A stretch of 64,000 bases of DNA, from contig JBLDXI010000046.1 of the NCBI GenBank assembly GCA_047495785.1, forward strand, positions 992,001 through 1,056,000, read 5' to 3'. Below are positions 50,201 to 60,223 of this stretch, piece by piece (position 1 is the stretch's first letter; every line of letters starts with the position of its first letter). The notes beneath the pieces are model-generated. The model ran no database searches and had not been told where the DNA came from. It saw nothing but the letters and a program-made list of their open reading frames with translations. The position numbers and the translations under genes are program-made. This DNA comes from Lepidodermella squamata (taxonomy: Eukaryota; Animalia; Gastrotricha).

Positions 50201-50219
50201 GGTGGCTTGATGAAGCCAT
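44283..50219 (-). CDS. RING / variant B-box / coiled-coil / ankyrin protein, copy 2; last exon 45032-44283 follows a 3.8-kb intron
   Basis: CPVC..NCGHSICFDC..CPEC; CPH..CEHC..CHGC..H. Donor gtatgt at 48814 and acceptor ttttgcag at 45033 are both phase 0, at the same position as the pre-ankyrin intron of copies 4 and 5. Confidence 0.8.
46221..47772 (-). mobile_element. Degenerate cassette of tightly packed short intronless ORFs inside the 3.8-kb intron (virus- or transposon-like, unclassified)
   Basis: Co-oriented ORFs with stops/frameshifts (47772-47520, 47451-47146, ~46940-46445, 46436-46221), visibly more GC-rich than host introns. No hallmark gene recognised. Confidence 0.35.
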
Positions 50220-50276
50220 CTGCGAATTAATTTGGTCTATAAAGAAATCTAAAAAAATCACAAAATATTGATATTT

Positions 50277-51268
50277 TCAAATTTTCCTGAAATTTTGAAG
50301 AAATTCGTTGGATTTTAACACAGCAAGTTCGTGAAGCCGATCGTTAGATAAACAAAACTCATCAGGACCAGATGTTCCAAAGCAACCGCAATTTTCTTTG
50401 TTACATTTTTTTTGAGGATCAGCTGGGTAGCCAGGGTGAGTCATCAGTTCGGAGGTAAACGAATCTTTTCCAACAGATTTCTTCGCGATTTCAATCGCAT
50501 CCCTAATCGATTCGATCGATAACCGCTGGCCCATCAAAGTTAGGCCGAGAAAAGTTTCGGTATGAGTTAGACCATGCGTAGCGAAAATCGCTCGAGCATC
50601 CAATGATTCATCAACAATATTTTTGTAAAAATTGAACGATTTTTCAGGTAGGCCGATCGAGTTGAGGTCGATACTCTGAATTACAGGATCCAATGGCAGT
50701 CGAGTTTCTTTGATGCCGAAATGCTTCAAAACCTCGGCAAAAGCACTCGAAATTCCTAAAAATTTAAAATTAAGGAGGAAGAATTTAATCATTATAATTC
50801 CTTTTACCATTCTTGACAACGTGAACGTGTTGATGGCCATCAACTCGAGCGGGTAAATGACCAGTAAGATCTCGGAATTTCAGAATCTGAGCAGATAATT
50901 CAGCTCTAACCTGAAATTTTCATAACATTCGATTGAAAAATTTGCAGAAAATTTAGCCTCACATTGTCCGGGTTAATGAGGCCATTTTTAGCTTTTTCTC
51001 GAAATTCGAACTTGTCATAGAATAAATTATGATCTTCAGATAACAACGAGCTGATTTCTGAAGGATTCGATAGGCCAATTCCTTCTGTGATGTTGAAATG
51101 GAGGCCGAGTTTAAAGCCGTTTTCGACCAATTTTACAGCAGTTTCGGCGCAGCGAGCTGTTACCATTAAGCTGGCGCTGTCGATGAGACCGGCTGAAGCC
51201 AGCTCGGCTATTCCTTTGTCTCGAATAGAACAATAGCCGAGATCGTCGGCGACAACATATAACCTCAT
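50277..51268 (-). CDS. YDJC: YdjC-family carbohydrate deacetylase, 3 exons
   Basis: ADDLGY, GLHFNITEG, DGHQHVH (short middle exon ~50812-50905), ELMTHPGY, DRLHEL. Confidence 0.9.
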
Positions 51269-51457
51269 AGAATTTTAATACGAAACTACACGATATGAGA
51301 AATGAGCCGTTGTTAAAATATCAACAATAAATAGTAGTATCAAATATATCGAGGCAGCACATCAGTAAATTTTGCCTGGCGACAGGTGGATAAACTATGT
51401 ATAATGAGAGAATGGTGCCATTTGCTAACTGCATTGCAATTTTATTTTGGCATTTGA

Positions 51458-52267
51458 TTAATTCATGCGCAGCGCAAGCTTATTGGCTAGTTTCCAAAGC
51501 AGGCGGACGCTATTCAAGTCCACCTTAACAGTTGTCACCAACAAATCGCTGTTATTATCGTCTTCGCCAGCAATAAAACCAGCTCTCAGGCATTTGACCT
51601 TTAGTGCTAAATGAAAAATCTGTCGGTAGGTTAGAAATATTCGCTGATCTTTCTGGCTGGGTGGAATTACGAAAAGTCCAGACGGTTTTGATGGGTCGCG
51701 GCCGATTAGAGGAGCCGCTATGCCATCACAAATACTCTTGCAAATTAAATTAGCCTCAATTACCGACATTTTTTGAGTTTCCGGAAGAATTCCATCGAAA
51801 AGCTCAGCGTACAAAAATTCTTCGCTCGCAGTGTAAAACCGCGAGGTACCAGGAGCTGGACTGACCTTGGAAATCGTTAATCCAGATTGTAATTTTTTCC
51901 ACAAGTCAGCGTTGCCAACTTCGACCAATACATTGAAATGCCGGAAAATATTTGCCATGAGAATCAAGGCGTTTTGGCACAGTTGATACATCGCAATCGG
52001 GTCTGGATCTTCGGCAGGCGTTTTCAGTCCGGGAGACTTTTCCATTGCTCTACAAATCGGATTCAACTGGTAGCAATACTGTGTCAAAGCATCGACGAGT
52101 TTTTGTGCATGGTCAATTGTCAAATTTTGATTCGGAGGAGGTGCTGGAACAGCAATAGACAAAGGAATAGTTATTATGAAATTATTTGCTTTGCCAGCAG
52201 GCTCGTCGAACGCTATATTTTTCCACGCGCGCATGGCCTCATTGAATTCCTTATCCGCTCGCGACAT
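51458..52267 (-). CDS. Intronless orphan protein (~269 aa)
   Basis: Long ORF, probable ATG 52267 (MSRADKEF); no recognised motif. Confidence 0.55.
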   Translation of the reverse strand: MSRADKEFNEAMRAWKNIAFDEPAGKANNFIITIPLSIAVPAPPPNQNLTIDHAQKLVDALTQYCYQLNPICRAMEKSPGLKTPAEDPDPIAMYQLCQNALILMANIFRHFNVLVEVGNADLWKKLQSGLTISKVSPAPGTSRFYTASEEFLYAELFDGILPETQKMSVIEANLICKSICDGIAAPLIGRDPSKPSGLFVIPPSQKDQRIFLTYRQIFHLALKVKCLRAGFIAGEDDNNSDLLVTTVKVDLNSVRLLWKLANKLALRMN

Positions 52268-52424
52268 AATTGTCTTATTCCACCAAGCCGCAAAAAAGAC
52301 TCGATAAGGCCAATATAACAGGCCTAAAAGCAAAAGAGTCAAATGTATATCATCTCAGATTTCAAAATATAGAAGCCATCTAAGGAAAACCGAGAATAAA
52401 TTAGATGTAAGTTTCCAGATTATA

Positions 52425-53207
52425 CACTTTCGGACAAAACTTCTGGCCGGTGGGTAAAAAACACGTTTTAGCATCGTTTCATCGATTTTTTCGCAGGAAT
52501 TTCAATTACAATCATTCTCAGTGGATGGAGTAAGTAATTTCACGCGTTTTGAACACAAAAAGTCCCACAGATGATGAAAACTCGGTGGACAGGGGTCAAA
52601 ATTGTTGCCAGCCGTAGTACTAAAAAATGGCCACTGGCAAGTCCTTTTAATGGGATTCCGACCAGCATTCTTAGTAGTATGGCGTTCTGTTCATTATTTT
52701 TTGATGCGCTAGACATTTGCCTATACATATTTGGTCTCCTTGAAACCAAGTTTCAGTATTATGGGCGTCAGATCGGCATAGAAGATTTCATATGAAGGTT
52801 GAAGTCAGTTTTTAGCTTATCAGACCATAGCTCGCCATATTCCCCCCGTAATTTGCCGACCCTGAGCCCATGTTATTGAATCTGGGTATCAAGGAGGCCG
52901 AATACGTATAGGCAAATGTCTAGCGCATCAAAAAATAATGAACAGAACGCCATACTACTAAGAATGCTGGTCGGAATCCCATTAAAAGGACTTGCCAGTG
53001 GCCATTTTTTAGTACTACGGCTGGCAACAATTTTGACCCCTGTCCACCGAGTTTTCATCATCTGTGGGACTTTTTGTGTTCAAAACGCGTGAAATTAGTT
53101 ATTCAATGAACTGAAAATCATTGGCAATGAAAATGCGTCGCATTGATAGATGAAACCCTGTAAAAACGTGTTTTTTACCCACCGGCCAGAAGTTTTGTCC
53201 GAAAGTG
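52425..53207. mobile_element. Tc1/mariner-like non-autonomous element with ~325-bp inverted arms
   Basis: cactttcggacaaaacttctggccggtgggtaaaaaacacg is mirrored at 53166-53207; near-perfect inner arms ~52536-52750 and ~52884-53097; TA at the left flank. Confidence 0.8.
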
Positions 53208-53248
53208 CGTACATGAATTCATCGTTTGTTGAAAATAAATGCTCTCAT

Positions 53249-53977
53249 TTATATATTGAGAACTTTAGCGTGAAGCATTGTCTCTTCCGCCGAACAAGAA
53301 TTTCGTTTGGCAATAATTTCGCGCAGACTACATTCGAAACGCTTGGCGATGCCTCGGAAAGTCCTCGCTATTTGCCTCACATCGCCAGGGTCTAATTTCC
53401 TGTCCATGGCGTGACCGTGAGCAAAATCGCCTCTCAATTTGATAAGCGCATTCAATACTGTTGATGTTGTAACTCCAGGTGTTACATCCAATTTGTAGTG
53501 TGAAATGGCTGTTAGAACAGCTGTCGGCGGCCCCTGAACTTCAGACTGCGGCCAACTGGCTCGAAAATCATTCATTTCCCCAGCCACTTTGGACATGTCA
53601 ACGTTGATTATCGCAAACCGAAGAGCGTTAATTATGTTTCCGCAGTTTGGCGAATTTAGTTTCAGAAAAACTAGTTCGCTAACCGGGTTCTCTAAAAAAG
53701 CTTCCTCGTCCAAACGGGCTCTCAGGTGTGGTTTGATAGCTGTAAGAAGAAGGCTCGCAGCCTCAAGAATTGCCGACATATCTCCATCCGGGTCGATAAC
53801 TTTCTGAAAGAAGCCATCAATAACATCAGCAATTACCCTGGTGAAATCGCCGAAAGCCAAGAGTAAGGCAGCCTGGGAAACACTCACTCTAACATCGTCT
53901 TCAGTCTGAGAATCGCAAGCCTCAAGCAGGTCTTTAGTCCGCTTGAAATAATCTGAACGAGGTAGCGACTCAAGCAT
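53249..53977 (-). CDS. Intronless 242-aa alpha-helical protein with a HEPN-like RxxxxH motif
   Basis: LNALIKLRGDFAHG near the C-terminus followed by a final helix; upstream AALLLAFGDF helix and NSPNCGNI segment. Confidence 0.55.
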   Translation of the reverse strand: MLESLPRSDYFKRTKDLLEACDSQTEDDVRVSVSQAALLLAFGDFTRVIADVIDGFFQKVIDPDGDMSAILEAASLLLTAIKPHLRARLDEEAFLENPVSELVFLKLNSPNCGNIINALRFAIINVDMSKVAGEMNDFRASWPQSEVQGPPTAVLTAISHYKLDVTPGVTTSTVLNALIKLRGDFAHGHAMDRKLDPGDVRQIARTFRGIAKRFECSLREIIAKRNSCSAEETMLHAKVLNI

Positions 53978-54129
53978 TTTTTGTACACTGAACAGTCATG
54001 CTTCAAGACGCAGTCAGTTCGCAGACTGCTGATAAGCCTGAATACTGTAGATAAGTTCGAGGAAAACGACAAAGCAAATACTTCGCGCGCCCATTTATCA
54101 ATTTAAGACCAACACACCATGAATAGGTA

Positions 54130-54376
54130 CGGCTGATAAAACTTGTGGACAACGCTGCCAGGACGAAAGCATAGAAAGAAAAAATAACAAAAGCAAAAGA
54201 AAATCAAAAGCTTGAGAGGATAACAGATAACAGCCACGATAAGATAGGTGAAGTGAAAAACGCAGCTAAGTGGACAGCGCATCCAAATAGAATGAAAAAT
54301 AGCCATATTGTGAGAGTGACCAGGTGGAGCCCGCGCAAAAAATCATACTGTAATGCCCTAAACAGGAAACCATGAG
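54130..54376 (+). mobile_element. Possible 3' remnant of an RTE-type non-LTR retrotransposon
   Basis: A + frame reads DKIGEVKNAAKWTAHPNRMKNSHIVRVTRWSPRKK, resembling the RTE C-terminal W-x-GH-x2-R...W-x-P motif. Confidence 0.35.
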
Positions 54377-54438
54377 TACCAGGGGGTATAGTCAACTGGC
54401 CAGTTCTTAAATAGACTTTTAATGTCACACCAGCTTAA

Positions 54439-54940
54439 CACTTTAACTGCCAAAAGTGGACTGCGAGATCGATATATTTGGATCCAAATCATGGGTCTGT
54501 CAAAATGTCTTTTATTTCAGGTCAACCATGCGTCGTAGGGCAAAATGGCCGACGGCAAAGTGTAGGCCATGACCCGGCGGTTCTTTGGACACCAAATTTG
54601 AGTCCAAAGACATCAAGGAACGCACAGAAATCAAACTTGAAAAACACTGAAATTTCGATTGTTGCGCCATAATCTGGGTCTAAAAATTAGGTCCAATTCT
54701 TGGGTCTGATTTTTGGCTCTAATCCAAAATTTCGACGCTATTTCACTGTCATTTTCAAAGACCTCTGCTCAGACCTTGTGGCCTCAAATTTTGAGTCAAA
54801 AGAACCGCCGGGTCATGGCCTACATTTTGCCGTCAGGCATTCTACCCAACGACGCAGCGCTGACCAGAAAAAAGGTCTTTCGACAGACCCAGGATTTGGA
54901 TCCAAATATCGATCTCGCAGTGTATTTTTGGCAGTTAGTG
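54439..54940. mobile_element. piggyBac-type MITE (TTAA target duplication)
   Basis: TTAA-cactttaactgccaaaa...ttttggcagttagtg-TTAA with long imperfect inverted arms (ctgcgagatcgata, tttggatccaaat, ggccatgacccggcggttcttt). Confidence 0.85.
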
Positions 54941-55301
54941 TTAAAATTTTCTAGAAATTTCAGTTCCAAGTCGAAATTAAATTGAACAATGCGCCACGTG
55001 CTTGCTTTGCTCTAAAGTCTGACGCTAAATTCAACATTTCGTGAAGGTTTAGGTCTGCATTTCTCAGATGAGCAAATACCCCAGCTTGTGTAGATACAGG
55101 AATCTGAAAAATCTCGAAAATATTTAAAAATCTATAAAATAAAATTAAACATTGGATCGGTTAGGATGAAAGAAATCTATGGTAACAAATCAGCATCTAA
55201 GCACTGAAAAACAGAAAGCTTTTCTCCAATAGTAAGATTGATTCACGTACGAAAAAATCGCAAATAAATGAAACAAAAATTCAAAAAATGTTTTTTCCCT
55301 C

Positions 55302-56995
55302 TCAGCGATGAACACCGTGATCTGCGAATGCTTTGATAATCTGACTGAGACGCAGTTCTTGGGCAACATCCATTGGCAGCTGTCGATTGTTGTTAGCTTT
55401 CTGGGCGAGATGACTGTAATGCCTGAGCAGGAACACCACGCCCAGAAGCCAGTTGGCGCGAACAGCGAGAAACATAATATTTTCTTCGTTCCTCGTCTGA
55501 TCAACGTCAGCAGGATCAGCGCCTTGATCTAAGAGGTATTTAATCAGCTCCAATGATTTTTGGCCAATTGAGACGATCAGCGGGCTTCGGCCGTGAATGT
55601 CGTAAACCCTGGGTGAAACCTTGAATTTTTCGATCAAAAGCTTGAGAATCGCAAAATTAGAAACCGCAACGTGAATGGGATACTCCTTGTTCTCTCCAAT
55701 TGGTTCATTAACCAGATGTGGGTCCGATTTCAGAATCAAGCTCACGAGATTTTCGAAACCTTTTGAAATCGATATCATAAGAGCATTTGCCACATCGAAG
55801 TGCTGGCGAAATTTCAACAAAAATGACGCAATTTCAACGTTTTGCGCATTGCAGGCCTGCTCGAAGAGCGTGAAATTACCGGAATCTGCCGAGTTGCGGT
55901 AATTTAAGGCGGAAATTACCTCATCAACTTCAGATTTCGCGAAAATTCGCTGAATCAGATCCAAGTTCCCGGATTTAGCCGCCGAGTGAAGACGAATATT
56001 ACGGCCCCAAATTTCGTCACTGATCGGATTTTCCAGGGTCCAATTGAGTTTCAGCTCGCGTAAGGAATCAAGCGCCGAAATGATGTCCTCTTCAACAGCT
56101 TGCGATCTTATCGAAATTCGGCCGATTTTGAAGTCCAAGTTTGGCGATAAAAGCTCGAAAAGCGAATTTTTCAAACGATTCCGAAGTTTAGCAATGTCGT
56201 TAAATTTGATGTCCAAAACAGATTTATGCCTCAAATTTTCAAGCGATTTCGTAAGGCTAGGATCCAGCGGGGAAGCGACGTCTTGTTCAACCCTGGCCTT
56301 CATTTTTTCTGTCAATTTTCCGACCTGGGATTTCAGGATGGTTTCAGAGTCCTTGAGAGCTTCTTCGAATTCAGCCCGTAAATTCGATAGAATTGCGTCG
56401 ATTTTTTTGTTGGCCTTCGCGCCTTCCTGATCGATTTCAAGGTTGAGAGCTACGATTCTTTCACGATCATTTCGAACAGTCGCCCTCGCTTCAATTTCAT
56501 CGGCAATTTTCATAATTTCCAATTTGAGAGTTTCGCCGTGTCGAATTTGACAGCCGTCGCAGAATAATTTCGCGCAATGATCGCATTTTGCGACGCTTTT
56601 AGCTAGAGCCAGGTGAGAGCACGAGTCGATTTTCGAATGGCTCGGCATCGATTCTTTGATCGAGCTAACAGCGCGGCTTAGACCGAAATTTTGAATCAGG
56701 CCATCCAGGCCATTCAAGGGTAAGGCTGAAATTTCGCGGCATTCAGGGCAATGAAGTACGGTTAAATTTTGCTGAGCTTGCCAGACACTTCGTAAACATG
56801 AAAGGCAGAACGAGTGGCCACAGGCTGGCAGGATTCGGGGATCGGTGAATAAATCCAGGCAGACAGCGCACGAAAAACTCTGAAATAAAAAATTTCAGTC
56901 GAAAAAACGTCGAATTAAACGTCGATGGGTGACTACAATACCATGTGAACGTTGCGAATAAACGCAGGTCTCGAATTGGATGCTTCCATTGTCAT
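55302..56995 (-). CDS. RING / variant B-box / coiled-coil / ankyrin protein, copy 3 (single intron ~56880-56941)
   Basis: CAVC..DPRILPACGHSFCLSC..CPEC is in frame with ORF 55302-56717; CSH..CDHC..CDGC..H; ankyrin repeats. Confidence 0.85.
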
Positions 56996-57945
56996 AAAAT
57001 AATGTAGAATTAAGCAACTAAAAAACGTTATCGATGATCTATCAGGATGAAAAAATTAAGCGATTAATTATTCAGGTTAAAGGCAGCGATAAGAAACCGC
57101 CAAGATTTTCGTTTTTAGACCAATTTTGTAAAAGTTTTTTTTTTCGAATGAAAACCCAAAATTTCAGGACTTTAGAAAAAGAGGCATAACACATTTTTGT
57201 TGTATTTGACCGCTGCAAAATGAAAAGTGTATCTTAACGATTTTTTAATTATTTTCAGCAACAAGAAATACAAGTTTCGGGGTCAACCAAGGCCGTTCTG
57301 GTTTCATCTGATAACCTTAAGCAGTTTGAGTCGTAGATTCCGAATTTTGCATCCCCAAATTCATAGGGCCTACGAATCCTCCTAAAAATTGAATTAATCT
57401 CTAAAGCATTAATTTGCGATTTTTTACGATGCAGACATCAACATTTATGCGCACGGAAAGGTCAAACGATGTTTTAGCATTTCGCCGACGTGTAATAAAA
57501 GCAAAAGCCGCCCTCATTTGCCAACGCTCGCGCTTTTTGGCCCTTAAAACTGCAACAGCCGTAATAGACGCAGTCCTCGAAATCGCCACGCCCATTTGTG
57601 TGTGCGATTGCTTATTCTAACACGTCATAAGTGAAATTTGCATGGTCCTGAACTGCCTGGAATTTTCAGGTATCTATGTCAGTGGTAAATTATGCGCTGG
57701 AATTCAAATTTAAATAAGAATTCCAACAATTGTTTATTATTTATTCAAAAATCGTTCAACAATTTTTAAGATGGATTTTTTATTAAAATGTAAGACATTT
57801 ATTTTTCTGGCTTATTTTTTAGAATGCATGATTAAATTCGCGAAGCCAGAGATATCTATCAGTTTATTTCAAGCAAACAGCCTTTGAAACCAGAAATTGA
57901 TAGAAAAAATGAGAAAAAGAAAGCTAAAAGCAGGCAACTTGGCAA

Positions 57946-59994
57946 TCAATCGTGAATTCCTTTGGTTTCAAACAATTTTACAATATTTTGATAGTTTAGA
58001 TGCCTAGCTAGGGCTAACGGGGTCAGTTTGTTTCGATTCTTTTTCTCAGCCATTTCTTTCGCATTGTCAAGAAAATACGAAACACCCTCGGCCCAATTCT
58101 TGTCAACAGCAATATGAAGCGGGTAGTTATCCCAGTGCCTGATATCACGCGTCATGACACTGTCACCCTTCGAGACGGCAAATTTCACCATTTCCAAGTT
58201 GCAATTGTGCGTAGCAAATGTGACGACAGATCGCGAAAATTTATCGCGAACTTTGAGCGGAGCGCCGCATTCTTCCACCAAAAATTGAGCCATTTCAACA
58301 GAATTGCCATGTTTCGCTGCTATGTGACTAGCATAATACCCTTTTGCTTCATCTAACTGGGCTTTGGCTAGTTCAGGGTATTCGTTGACGATGAATGTAA
58401 CCAGGTCAATATCAGAATTCCTGATAGCAAGCTTAAAGCCTTCCGTAATAATTGTTATTTTCCGGTCGTGTTTTTCATCTTTCGAGGATTGGAGTAAAAA
58501 ATCGATGACACCCTCCGAGCACTCTGAACTGAAAGCATCTGACATTATGCTAGTTCCACGATCGTCGAAATCATCGAAAACGGACGCGGATTCGATGTAC
58601 TTAGGGTGGATAAGTTTAACTTGTTCGAAGTCTGAATTGGAAATTGCGCGTTGAAATCTTGAAAGAACTGCAGCTCTCTGGAAAAAAAGACGAAAAATTG
58701 TTATCAAAAATTTCAAATTTTCCGCCCACCTCATCAAAAAGCTCAGTTTCAGCGATATCCTCCACAAAATCTACATCCAAGTCTTCGAAATGTTCTAAAA
58801 CGTCCAAAACTTGAAGTTCAGCCGAAATTGATCGTAAGGCAATGCGGCCGATGAAAGATGAATGTTGTTGAGCCTAATTAAAAAAAATTATTGAAAAACT
58901 TAAAAAATTATTGAAACACAAACCTCTTCCCAAGATTTGCCGAGTTTTGACCTCAGCTCGGCGATTTGATCAAGTTTCATTTGGAATACCGATTTTGAAG
59001 CAAGCTCCGCGCCTGAATCCATCAAATCCTTGTCCAATTTAATGGAAAGGTTACCATGTGCTTTGCTTTTCATTTTTTCAGCAATTTCCGATGCTTGTTC
59101 TTTCAGTCTAGCTTTCATTACTTTGATGGCTTCGGTGATTTTTACTTCGATTTCTGAGCAGAATGCATCGATCTTCTCGTTAGCTTTCAGCAACTGCGAG
59201 TCGCTTTCTTGCAACCAGCCATCTAATTTTGCCGGATCAGCCACGTCCTTAACGCGTTCAATTACCTGAAAAAATTTATATCTATTTTTAAAAAAATTTG
59301 AAAAATTAAGAAAAATAAATTAACTTTGGTTCGTAAATCCAGAATTTCCTGCTTCAATTTATCGGCGTGAATAAATCGGCAACCCTCGCAGAAAAATTCC
59401 CAGCAATGTGAGCATTGAACTGGCGTTGAAGAAACGGCTAAATGAATGCATTTATCCGACGGTGGAATATCTGAAACATCGTCAATCGGTTCAGCTTTCA
59501 CTAGATTTTCAGCCTCTTTAAGCGAATCCATCGTTCTTATCAGCGAAATGTTACGCGAAAAACCTGGAAAAATTATGATAAAAGATAAAAATTTTAGGAA
59601 TATTAATTGAACCTTTTAGGTCGCTATTTGGAATTTTTGACACCGATCGACATTCCGGGCATTCGATTGTAGATTTATCGGATCGCTTTGCAATTATGTT
59701 AGCCAAGCAGCCGTAGCAAAAGGAGTGCCCACAGGCAGGCAGAAACCTTGGATCGGTGAACAAATCGTGGCATACCGAGCATGTTAGCGTCTGCGATGAA
59801 ATAAAAATTGCCAAATAAATTTGAAAAATTCCGCTCTCAATTGCTCCGCTTCAATTGCAATTCCGCTTGAAATTAAAATTAAATGAAATTCTCAGATTTT
59901 TTGGAGAAATTTAACCAATTGTCGCAAAATTTTCAAAATTTACCTCATGAACGTTGTTGATCTTGCGAATCTTTCTAGGCGGTGAATCGTCCAT
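57946..59994 (-). CDS. RING / variant B-box / coiled-coil / ankyrin protein, copy 4 (6 exons)
   Basis: ORF fragments 59551-59814 (RING), 59262-59531 (B-box-like), 58900-59244 (coiled coil) and 57946-58767 (ankyrin) are linked by GT-AG introns. Confidence 0.85.
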
Positions 59995-60223
59995 CTTAAT
60001 TAAATTTTGGTTACCCTAAAATTGAGGATAAATAACAAAATCAAGGCAAGTTCAAACATTTCAAGTCGATGTAAAACCGCAACAATATTATGAAAGTCGA
60101 AAGAATGAAAGCCACTGTAGACAAATCGGCGAAAAATCAACAAAGTCTGATGGTAAAAGCTAGGAATAAAAAGCTAAGAGGTATCCCAACTGCTAATGTT
60201 GACTTTTTTGGTCATTTGTTCGG

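Noticed and set aside
52540-53061. Near-identical ORFs MMKTRWTGVK... on opposite strands (52571-52795 +, 52873-53061 -)
   Set aside because: They are mirror images produced by the inverted arms of a non-autonomous transposon, not duplicated genes.
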